Source: a virus
IMG/VR virus record: IMGVR_UViG_3300023213_000527
Strand: one strand, 5' to 3'
Length of the DNA: 44,243 nucleotides
Positions 20,124-28,290 of this stretch are shown here, in pieces. A program made the position numbers and the translations under genes. The notes below the pieces were generated by a model, which made no database searches, was not told where the DNA came from, and saw only the letters and a program-made list of their open reading frames with translations. Numbering within the stretch: position 1 is the stretch's first letter; the number at the start of each line of letters is the position of its first letter.

Positions 20124-20137
20124 CTATGCAGTATTAT
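20124..20137 (-). promoter_or_regulatory. Candidate late promoter ATAAT-N3-GCATA (exemplar)
   Basis: Variants recur in intergenic gaps at 2005, 24875, 38448, 40449, 40994 (-) and 41018 (+). Confidence 0.5.
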
Positions 20138-20153
20138 GCGCATTTATCCTTAT

Positions 20154-20424
20154 AAATAGTAGAGGGCTCTCGCTTTCAAGCGAAAGATGAATGCATTTTC
20201 TCAAAAAATAATGTAGAAAAATATTGTTAACTTTCAAAAACTGTGCATAACGCGAGATATATTATGCATGAAGCTAAATTGACGAAAACCAAGTCATGAT
20301 AGCGGAATGAAAAATTGTCTGATTACGGAACGCAATCGGACATTAAACAAAAACGCGGTGAGGCGCCAATGTTAATTGGGTCATTGAAACGCGGAACTTT
20401 TGCTTTTAAGTGAAGGTAGTTCAT
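20154..20424 (+). mobile_element. Non-autonomous IS200/IS605-derived mini-element copy 2 (left boundary uncertain by ~5 nt)
   Basis: Left hairpin CTCTCGCTT-TC-AAGCGAAAG-ATGAAT, GATATAT motif, omegaRNA-like stems, right end GGTAGTTCAT; overlaps the HNH 3' end. Confidence 0.75.
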
Positions 20425-21223
20425 GCCTTATTTTTGTTCCGCCTTCTAATGCATTCAATTTTGAGGAATAAGGACGCAGATTGGTTAAAGTCCAGCACTT
20501 TTTGAAATTATCATCTTCCATCGAAGAATAAGAAAAATCAGATTGTGGAATGATGTGGTCGATATTCCATGTCCAAGTGGATGAATTATTATCATCCCAA
20601 GTTTTTCGATTATATAGTCCATAATTGTTCCAAGTCATCCATGGCTCAAACAAACTGGTCAGATGTGTTATTAAATCCTCCATCGCAAATGGTAAAAACT
20701 GAAGACAAGAACCAGATTTTCTTTTTCCATTTATTTTGAAATGTCTATTGATCGCATTAGAAATAATCTTTCTAATACGGTATCCAATATCATTGGCTCG
20801 TTTTTCTCTATCTCTCGCATTTTCCTTGTCGCGATTATTTTTCCTATATTCTCTTCTTTTAGATTTACTCTTCTCAGTGCTGTTTAATTTTCGACTATAT
20901 TCTTGTTCGCATTCAACACAAAGAGCACTAAACCAAAAGCTAATTTTTGTGCTTGCTCGTTTTCTTTTATGTTTTCGGAAAGAATCAATAGAATATGTTA
21001 TTCCACATATTTTACATGTTTTACCATTGGAATAATCCTGAGGAAAAGGACCAAAAATTGCATTATGATGTTCTGGTTTTAATCCTAAATTTTTAATAGC
21101 ATTACCTATTTTACCGCGAGAAATTCCTGTTGCTTTAGCAATTCGGCGCTCTCCATATCCTAAATGGAATAGAGATTTAATTTGTTCTAATTGTTCTTGG
21201 ATAAGTCCGGATTTCCTATTCAC
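20381..21223 (-). CDS. HNH/EndoVII-like endonuclease with N-terminal HTH; C-terminus recruited from the mini-element
   Basis: HTH (GYGERRIAKATGISRGKI), CxxC..CxxC, WNIDHIIP...NLRPYSSKLN. Confidence 0.85.
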   Translation of the reverse strand: MNRKSGLIQEQLEQIKSLFHLGYGERRIAKATGISRGKIGNAIKNLGLKPEHHNAIFGPFPQDYSNGKTCKICGITYSIDSFRKHKRKRASTKISFWFSALCVECEQEYSRKLNSTEKSKSKRREYRKNNRDKENARDREKRANDIGYRIRKIISNAINRHFKINGKRKSGSCLQFLPFAMEDLITHLTSLFEPWMTWNNYGLYNRKTWDDNNSSTWTWNIDHIIPQSDFSYSSMEDDNFKKCWTLTNLRPYSSKLNALEGGTKIRHELPSLKSKSSAFQ

Positions 21224-21240
21224 GATCTTTTAGCTAAAGC

Positions 21241-21990
21241 CTATGATTTGTGCCTGATTTTTCTAGTTCCGTCTAAATTGTTTAATTTAGCGGATAGTGG
21301 CCTCAAATTATTTAAATCCCAACATCTTCGAAAGTTTTCATCTTCCATGGAAATGTAAGGCAAATCGGATTGAGGAATGATGTGATCAATCTGCCAAGTC
21401 CAAGTATTTGGATCATTATCATTCCAAATTTCAGCGTTGTAGTTACCGTGATTGTCCCAATTCATCCATGGTTCGAAAAGATTTTCAAGATGTTGTTTGA
21501 GTTGATCGATGGTGTAGGGGAGAAATTGAAGACAACTACGACCACCTTTAGAAGAGCCTGCGGATTTTAATCCTCTCCAAATAGCATATGATACGCTACG
21601 TCTGATAACAAAATTTGGATCAGTTTGACGCCGGATTTTAGCACGCCGTTTAGCATTTTCATTTTGTAAATACCGCTCACAATTTAAGCAATATGACTCA
21701 TAGCTTTTTCTGATATGTCCATTTTTTCTAACACATATTCGTTTTCTGAATTGACTGACATTCTTAACAGAGCTACACTGCACACATTTTAATTCTACAA
21801 TACTGTCAAAATCGATTGTGCAAGGAGTTTTTCTGCCTATGTTATAAGTGCCTAATTTCTTGTATCCTTGCTGCACCATCCACCGGCTGATGCCAAGTAT
21901 TTTAGCGATCTTTCTGGCTCCTATATGGCGCTCGAATAGCGTCTTGATTTGATCAAGCTGCTTTTGAGATAAAATGATTTTGGCTGGCAT
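21241..21990 (-). CDS. HNH/EndoVII-like endonuclease with N-terminal HTH
   Basis: HTH (IGARKIAKILGISRWMV), CxxC..CxxC, WQIDHIIP...NLRPLSAKLN. Confidence 0.85.
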   Translation of the reverse strand: MPAKIILSQKQLDQIKTLFERHIGARKIAKILGISRWMVQQGYKKLGTYNIGRKTPCTIDFDSIVELKCVQCSSVKNVSQFRKRICVRKNGHIRKSYESYCLNCERYLQNENAKRRAKIRRQTDPNFVIRRSVSYAIWRGLKSAGSSKGGRSCLQFLPYTIDQLKQHLENLFEPWMNWDNHGNYNAEIWNDNDPNTWTWQIDHIIPQSDLPYISMEDENFRRCWDLNNLRPLSAKLNNLDGTRKIRHKS

Positions 21991-22016
21991 TCTTAATCAA
22001 AATCGATTATCCTATA

Positions 22017-24839
22017 TCAAAGTCTACCGACCGAGACTTTGATATAGATGAAGTTAACTGGATATGTAGGTTGTACTCTGACGCCAATATCCCATTGAGT
22101 GGGATCCACGTCATCCCTCTGCACGCTCAGGTCTTTAAATGCCGTAATCAATCCTTGAGAGATCAATGAGTTCAATAACAACACTGCTCTAGTATTTAAA
22201 ATAGCGGCAGTATCTGGAGTTTCTGCGTTGCCAATGAATCCCTGAAATCCAGCTCGTAGTGTTTTAGCCACTCGATCTCGAATGAAGACAATGGAAATTT
22301 CCTGTTCTTCCACGAAACCGCTCTGAGTAGTAGTTTTGCCCCATACCACTCTACCACCGCCCGCCACTGGTTGGAGCGTAGTAACGCCTGCCGCTGCCAA
22401 CTGTTCCAGAGTTAAGTTAGAGAATTGCTTATTACTCAAAATAGTGAATCCACTCAACACCTTATTAGTTAATGGATTTTCGAGTCTAACATCTGCTGAC
22501 AAGAAACCGGCTGCTGCAGCTGCGAGGTAGAATCCATCGATGAGAAGATTGGTAGTTCCTGCCTGTACCACAATTTGATCTGGATAGAAGAAAACAGATC
22601 GGAAAGTATTACCAAAAGCATTAGAAACTGAGTAGTTAGCCAAATCTTCGATATTACCAGCTAGAACATCGGTAACGGTAGCGCCCTCAATTCCTTCAAT
22701 GATACCAATATCTTCTACTGCAGCTAGAGCGGTTCCTATCAAGTTAGCAGGGGTTAGTCCTTTGATTGCTCCAATGAACAGAACCCGTTCTTTTCTGTTA
22801 CGAATATTGCTCATCGATTTACAATGAGACAAAGCGTTCTGGAAAATAACCGAAATGGTCTGTTTGGGCAATGGAACTAGAATATCACACTCTACCGCTT
22901 CTAGAGAGGCTAAAGCATTAATCCATCCCGCATCGAAGAAGGTGGAGTCTCTTTGATCCACTATTGTCACACGTAAGGCGTTTCCATTTGGAACCACGTT
23001 ATGATTAACAACAACATAGTTGCTGACAAGTGTCGGATCCAACACTTCATACTCCACACCGCTTTCACTGACTATAGCTTTCTTGATGGTAATTTGATTA
23101 GGAGCCACCGCCATAATATCATACAGCCCATTGTTCCCAACTGGTTGAGAGGCAGATCCGGCAACAGAACCAGATATTTTAAGTCTAAGAGTGGTAATTC
23201 CAACAATCGCATTAAAGTTAATGGAAGCGCTAGTAAGCGTTGCCGATCCTGTTCCGGGTCCAGAAGTAACTAAAACACCATCTGTGCCTGCCCCGCCAGT
23301 AATTGCTAAACCGGTATTAGGATTAACCACGGAGAATGTTACTGGAGTTTCATTCACAAAGTCGGATAAGAAAGGTGGAGCATCAGTAGTTCCACCGGAA
23401 ATAAGTGCTCCATCTGCTATAAACGTTAATTGCCCGTTGGAAACGCCGGAAATCTTAAAAAATCCAAAATTAGCCGAGTTAACTGATTGTATAATTTTGA
23501 GAGTTTTGCCAACAAAAGTGGAGTCGAAAACAATAGAAGAGCTAAGAACTCCTTGATTTTGAAAAGCCGGCAATCTACCAATGTATCCGTCTTCTCCGAA
23601 AACAAGATCACCAAAAGTCTGTTTAACAGTGTAGGCGAAAGAGTTTCCAGCGGGAGCCGGAGTATTATCGATGATGAATTGGTGAGTTGTGGGGTTGCCT
23701 GCAGTATCCAACGTAAAAAACGGAAATTTATTTGGAAAAATTTGAGTTTCTACGTTGGTGGTGTTATTTTTGACGAAGAAGTGAATGTCAGCACTAATGG
23801 TTGGAGTTACTCCAATTGGTAGTGGAAAAATAAACTCATCATCATTTGGCGCCAAGGCATTTACTTCTAGATCCAACAGATAAGAAGTTCGCCGAGGTAT
23901 TGGAGGAGCCGCTTGACAAGTGATCAAAGCAGGAGAAGAGTTAGCAAAAGCTAATTGAGCGCCTAAACTCAAGTTATTGGTTAAACTTGGAATTCCATGA
24001 CGTTTAACGACGCTGCCCAATCCTTGTAACAACACTGGAGCATTCAAATTTAGAGTTGGAATATAGTTGGCGGTTAACGAATCGCCTCTTTTAAGGACGC
24101 CGCTAGAAGTAATAACAGTAAAAGCATCACCCGGCACGAACGGCGAAGTAGTAACACCTAAAACTTGAGTTTCCGTGATAGAGAAGCTCAGAGTATTATT
24201 GGAAACCACGATACCATTAGCTGTCCAAATAAAGGGATTACCATTGGCATCCAATTTGGAACCAGAAATAGATCCAAAAGCTATAAATTTGGCTGTTCCC
24301 GCGATAGGTTGATTGCTAGCATTTCTTTGAACAGAAACGCAACGAATGGTCCATGTTTCAGGGGCTGCATTTATATCAAGTAGAGCTAAAGAATTAACAG
24401 TGCCCAATCCAACGTTAGTAGAAAGTGCTGAATAGAAAAGCCCTCCCTGATCTACTAAACTAGCGCGTTGCAACTCAATTTTTCCAGTATTAATATCAAT
24501 ACGATAATCAAATTTATTGCTAAATGGATTGTTGTCGATTAGAGCTTCTAGACCAATTAGAGGAATACCATTCTTAAATAGCGTGGTTCGATTAGAAATT
24601 AGAGGAAAATTGCTCAACAAAAAGTGTCTGCCATCAGCGCCTTGATTTGAAGAATAGCTAGGGTTAAGTCCATCGATACCGCCGCCTTGAGCTTGAGCAA
24701 CAACAGTTTCGTCTGTGGATCCTTCACCGATGACGGCTGCAAGACGTGATCCTCCGGGAACAGAAACGCCGCGGCTTTGGGTGATAACATCTGTAAAGAC
24801 GCCCGGAAGAACATTTGTGGCACCCGGAATATTAGGCAT
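22017..24839 (-). CDS. Contractile tail sheath protein
   Basis: N-terminal LPGVFT, C-terminal LTNKVLSGF...GVTTL...EISIVFIRD...VQPTYPVNFIYIKV sheath signature; extra beta domains inserted. Confidence 0.9.
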   Translation of the reverse strand: MPNIPGATNVLPGVFTDVITQSRGVSVPGGSRLAAVIGEGSTDETVVAQAQGGGIDGLNPSYSSNQGADGRHFLLSNFPLISNRTTLFKNGIPLIGLEALIDNNPFSNKFDYRIDINTGKIELQRASLVDQGGLFYSALSTNVGLGTVNSLALLDINAAPETWTIRCVSVQRNASNQPIAGTAKFIAFGSISGSKLDANGNPFIWTANGIVVSNNTLSFSITETQVLGVTTSPFVPGDAFTVITSSGVLKRGDSLTANYIPTLNLNAPVLLQGLGSVVKRHGIPSLTNNLSLGAQLAFANSSPALITCQAAPPIPRRTSYLLDLEVNALAPNDDEFIFPLPIGVTPTISADIHFFVKNNTTNVETQIFPNKFPFFTLDTAGNPTTHQFIIDNTPAPAGNSFAYTVKQTFGDLVFGEDGYIGRLPAFQNQGVLSSSIVFDSTFVGKTLKIIQSVNSANFGFFKISGVSNGQLTFIADGALISGGTTDAPPFLSDFVNETPVTFSVVNPNTGLAITGGAGTDGVLVTSGPGTGSATLTSASINFNAIVGITTLRLKISGSVAGSASQPVGNNGLYDIMAVAPNQITIKKAIVSESGVEYEVLDPTLVSNYVVVNHNVVPNGNALRVTIVDQRDSTFFDAGWINALASLEAVECDILVPLPKQTISVIFQNALSHCKSMSNIRNRKERVLFIGAIKGLTPANLIGTALAAVEDIGIIEGIEGATVTDVLAGNIEDLANYSVSNAFGNTFRSVFFYPDQIVVQAGTTNLLIDGFYLAAAAAGFLSADVRLENPLTNKVLSGFTILSNKQFSNLTLEQLAAAGVTTLQPVAGGGRVVWGKTTTQSGFVEEQEISIVFIRDRVAKTLRAGFQGFIGNAETPDTAAILNTRAVLLLNSLISQGLITAFKDLSVQRDDVDPTQWDIGVRVQPTYPVNFIYIKVSVGRL

Positions 24840-24896
24840 GATGGTCCTTGTTGATTATCCTTGAAGTATCAGCGTTATACAGGATTATTCGTATCC

Positions 24897-25595
24897 TTAA
24901 CGTTTTTTGTGGCGCGCTCGAGAGGCACCATCAACCATATTTTGCTTGGCTTCCAATGGTCGTAAATTACTCAATTCCCAGCATCTCTTAAAATTTTCGT
25001 CTTCCATAGAAGTATAGGGAAAATCCGATTGAGGCATTACATGATCAATATGCCAGTAATTGCCATAGTTATCCCAGCTCATATGATTATCAAACTGACT
25101 TTCCAGATGCTCTTTTAGTTCTTGTATGGAATAACCTAAATAGCGAAGAATTGACTGTCCTGCTTTGTTAGATTTTCCCTTTCTTAGCGCCTTCAAAATA
25201 GCGTTAGAAATATTCTCTCTTATTCTAAAAATAGGATCGTTGTGTTTTCTTTTGCTTTTGGATTTACGTTTTCTTTCTTTAAATTCTGGCGTTTGCCATG
25301 TGAGAGATATTTTGTCCCTGTTTTTGAGATAGCGTTCTTGAAAATAGGATGTCCTATCTTTATAATGTTTAGTATCCCAATTTTTTTTCTTTTGTTTAAC
25401 GTCTTCTCTAGCGTTGTATGCTCTGACGCTTTCTGGATTGGCAGTTCGCCACTCTTGACTCTTTTGAACTTCGCATTCCTTACAATAAATGGAAAGATAC
25501 ATTTTAATCTCTCCATTTCTCATTTTTCTTCGCTTCCATCCAAATTGAGCAATATCCTTTTCTTCGCTGCATCGCGTGCATCTACGTAATTCCAC
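24897..25595 (-). CDS. HNH/EndoVII-like endonuclease (short-loop subfamily)
   Basis: CxxC..CxxC; NYGNYWHIDHVMP...NLRPLEAKQN. Confidence 0.85.
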   Translation of the reverse strand: MELRRCTRCSEEKDIAQFGWKRRKMRNGEIKMYLSIYCKECEVQKSQEWRTANPESVRAYNAREDVKQKKKNWDTKHYKDRTSYFQERYLKNRDKISLTWQTPEFKERKRKSKSKRKHNDPIFRIRENISNAILKALRKGKSNKAGQSILRYLGYSIQELKEHLESQFDNHMSWDNYGNYWHIDHVMPQSDFPYTSMEDENFKRCWELSNLRPLEAKQNMVDGASRARHKKR

Positions 25596-25600
25596 AATAT

Positions 25601-25904
25601 TTATCCTTTTTGATGACGCGTTCTTTTAGCACCATCTCTCATGTTCTGAATAGCTTCAAGGGGACGAAGATTCGATAATGCCCAGCATTTCTTGAAATTA
25701 TCGTCTTCCATCGAGCGATAAGGAAGATCAGATTGGGGAATGATATGATCGATATGCCAATATGTCCCATAATTATTCCATGTCATATTCGGATCAAATT
25801 GATATTCAAGATGCTTTTTCAACTCTTGAATGGAATATCCTAAATAATAAAGAACTGAAGAACCTTTCTTACTAGATCCTAGTCTTTTTAGCCACTTATT
25901 AACA
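25601..25904 (-). pseudogene. C-terminal half of HNH gene interrupted by the tnpB element
   Basis: VNKWLKRLG...YWHIDHIIP...NLRPLEAIQN; joins in frame to 27127..27494 when 25905..27126 is removed. Confidence 0.85.
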
Positions 25905-26005
25905 GTCAATAACTTACGACTAAAGTCGTAAGCTTGTCGCTCATCCTACCATAAGCAGGATGTTGTTTTTTAATGGCAACAATAGGCTGATTGACAGCAG
26001 CCCTG
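25905..26005 (-). ncRNA. TnpB omegaRNA (reRNA) scaffold overlapping the tnpB 3' end; 5' boundary approximate
   Basis: Successive stems GGCTG../CAGCC, TGTTG../CAACA, CATCCTGC../GTAGGATG and terminal IS hairpin; known architecture of tnpB loci. Confidence 0.65.
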
Positions 26006-27045
26006 AATGAAATATTTTTAGCAGCATTGAGATCCGCGTTTATAGTATAACCACAGGTTTGGCAAATAAAAAGCGCTTGACTTTTCCTGTTTTTCTTATC
26101 GCAAAACCCACAGCAAGAGCAAGTCCGAGAAGTGTTTCTAGGATCTACCTTGATTACGGGAATGCCTTCTAACCTAGCCTTATACTCGATAAATGCTGTT
26201 AACTCTCCAAATGCCCACTTTCCGAATTGCTCTCGTTGTTCTTTGCGAACCGTTTTCTTGAAGTTATGGAGATCCTCGATAGCGATCCCCATTCCAAGTG
26301 CCTTAGCGACTTGAATAATTCGTTTAGCGATAACATGATTGGTGTCTTTTTTAAATCTACGTTCCTTTCCTGATATGTTCTTTAGTTTCTTTTGAGAAGA
26401 GTTGGTATTGAGAGATTGAAGTTTTGCTCGTAACTTGGTGTAACGTTTCCTGTTAGCGTCGGTTTTCTCACCAGAGAAAGTTGCTCCTTCTGAGGTGGTA
26501 GCTAAGTTAACGATTCCCAGATCTACTCCCAAATACTCTTTTACCTTTTTGGGTTGAGGTTCGGGAACATCAACGGAGGCTTGCAGATAGAATTCTTTAT
26601 TTCGATAGATGAGTTTGGCGGAAGAGCGAAGGGATTTTTCGGAGAGTTTCTCGAATAGTTTGGCATATTCTCCAAAAACAATGGGAATAAATAGTCTGCC
26701 ATCCAAGGAAAGAATAGAGATAGTTTCTAATTTCTTCCAATTGAGAATGCGGGCATCATATTCCATCGAGGAGTTCTTTTTAAAGGTATGCTGAACTTTC
26801 TTATCGATTGTGTAAGAATCGCAAACACGAGAGATAACACGAATAGCAAATTGGGAAGGAAGATTGAACTTTTGGCGGAGTTCATGGTAAATTTCTTCCT
26901 GAACCTTAAACTTATTGAATAAGCGATTGTTAAAGCAATATTCGCTAACCCAATTGCAAGCCGCATTGAATTGATAGATAGAGCGAAGAAGTTTAGATTT
27001 CTGCTCTGAATTAGCGAGTAATTTGACAGAAACGGTTAAGAGCAT
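25906..27045 (-). CDS. tnpB: RNA-guided endonuclease TnpB
   Basis: RuvC motifs GVDLG, IAIEDL, NADLNAAKNI; Zn finger CSCCG...CQTCG; 379 aa. Confidence 0.95.
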   Translation of the reverse strand: MLLTVSVKLLANSEQKSKLLRSIYQFNAACNWVSEYCFNNRLFNKFKVQEEIYHELRQKFNLPSQFAIRVISRVCDSYTIDKKVQHTFKKNSSMEYDARILNWKKLETISILSLDGRLFIPIVFGEYAKLFEKLSEKSLRSSAKLIYRNKEFYLQASVDVPEPQPKKVKEYLGVDLGIVNLATTSEGATFSGEKTDANRKRYTKLRAKLQSLNTNSSQKKLKNISGKERRFKKDTNHVIAKRIIQVAKALGMGIAIEDLHNFKKTVRKEQREQFGKWAFGELTAFIEYKARLEGIPVIKVDPRNTSRTCSCCGFCDKKNRKSQALFICQTCGYTINADLNAAKNISFRAAVNQPIVAIKKQHPAYGRMSDKLTTLVVSY

Positions 27046-27054
27046 GCTATATGG

Positions 27055-27062
27055 TATATATC
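27055..27062 (-). promoter_or_regulatory. Candidate GATATATA promoter (exemplar)
   Basis: Recurs at 760, 5939, 18251, 43845 (-) and 18074, 20256 (+), mostly 6-9 nt before an ATG. Confidence 0.5.
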
Positions 27063-27126
27063 AGAGGTTCTCAGAAAATGCAATTCATCCCACGATTAAA
27101 ATCATGGGCTTCCTTGCTAAGAGATC

Positions 27127-27494
27127 GTGAGTGAAACTTTGCGTCGTAAAAGATAAATCGGATCATGTTTCTTTTGATGGTATCTTTTTCTGGCTCGAGC
27201 CGCATTTTTCTGTTTACCTTTGATACTTTGATTATATGCTTTTCTATGTTCTATTCTTTCTTCTTTGTGGTCATATTCATATTGTTTTTTTCTAGCTAAG
27301 ATATTTGTTCTGTTTTCTCGATGATATTGTCGGCATTGTGTTCGCTCACATTCTCGACACTTTCTCTTAAAATAGGTTTTCTTAGTTTTTGCATCAAAAG
27401 ATGGCTGAAAATTATCTTTGGTTAATTCTAATAATTTTCCACATTTTACACATTTTCTAAGGATCAATTCAACTTCCCGGTAATGTATTAACAA
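27127..27494 (-). pseudogene. N-terminal half of the HNH gene interrupted by the tnpB element
   Basis: CVKCG...CRECE Zn ribbon, basic helix, ends HDPIYLLRRKVSLT at the insertion point. Confidence 0.85.
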
Positions 27495-28290
27495 AATCCA
27501 ATCTAGTGGTAATGTTCAAGTTCTGAGCAATTGGTGCGTTAGGATTAGAAATACGACCAAAATCCATGGAAAATAGAATAGCATCAATAATAGTATTAAC
27601 AGGTATCTCCCGCCGCCATTCTGTTCTCACATCTAATGTCAATGTTTGTCTAAATAGTTTGTCATTTCTATCATCAGTTTCAGTAGGAGCACTCCAACTA
27701 ATAGGCTTGATAATCAATCCAATGTCGCTCAAAGTATCAAAAGTAATATCAGTAAAACACATAGTAATTAACTCAACCAAATCATCTCTAGAGCGCAAAC
27801 TTCGTGTTTCCACATCGATATTTAAAGACCCTTCCCACGCTCCTGCAGTAATTAGAGATTTAGGTTTGCTAACTAGAGTTTGATTGCCATAACCATCGAT
27901 AAAAACAATATCTTCATACTGAACGGTGTTTTGGTTCCTATTGAAAGATATAGGAACTGAGCGCCCTGCTCCAGTTTTGACCAGAATAGCTGGGTAATAA
28001 ATTCCATCGTATCGGTAATTTTCTCCGATGAATAATCTAGTAGATAATCCTTCTTGATTAGCACCATCTTTGTTAAATAGAGTAGGAACATCAGCGCCAA
28101 GAGGAAGATCGGTATGATCTGTAGTTGCAGCAAATCCCCACACATCTTTGGCATAGTGATAGTAGCTGTCCTTAGAAAAAAAATCTCGCAAGGTAGCAAT
28201 AATCAATTCTTTTGGATACACTAACATCGAGGCTTGTACAATGTTGTGAAGCCTAAAAAGGTCACTACGGAAGAAGTTATTTGAGGACAT
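27469..28290 (-). CDS. Tail terminator / tail completion protein (putative)
   Basis: YPAILVK...SLNIDVETRSLRSRDDLVELI...LFRQTLTLDVRTEW pattern; first structural gene upstream of sheath. Confidence 0.55.
   Translation of the reverse strand: MSSNNFFRSDLFRLHNIVQASMLVYPKELIIATLRDFFSKDSYYHYAKDVWGFAATTDHTDLPLGADVPTLFNKDGANQEGLSTRLFIGENYRYDGIYYPAILVKTGAGRSVPISFNRNQNTVQYEDIVFIDGYGNQTLVSKPKSLITAGAWEGSLNIDVETRSLRSRDDLVELITMCFTDITFDTLSDIGLIIKPISWSAPTETDDRNDKLFRQTLTLDVRTEWRREIPVNTIIDAILFSMDFGRISNPNAPIAQNLNITTRLDFVNTLPGS

Larger units (their letters stand above)
25905..27126 (-). mobile_element. IS1341-type (IS200/IS605 family) element, tnpB only
   Basis: Left end GAAG-CCCATGATT-TT-AATCGTGGG after target TCAC; right end CAAG-CTTACGACT-TT-AGTCGTAAG-TTATTGAC; no target duplication. 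Confidence 0.9.

Noticed and set aside
19391-21990. Shared MPAK start (TGCCAGCCAAA) in two unrelated endonucleases
   Set aside because: Only ~11 nt with no further similarity; may be chance
783-24839. Bacterial extracellular contractile injection system or tailocin
   Set aside because: Neck protein, frameshifted chaperone, dense homing endonucleases and phage-like promoters fit a lytic phage; no bacterial context genes or AAA ATPase seen
27117-27120. TTAG as the IS target with the left end starting at CAAGG
   Set aside because: That excision leaves 10 extra nt and a stop; the TCAC junction restores the frame and matches the GAAG guide
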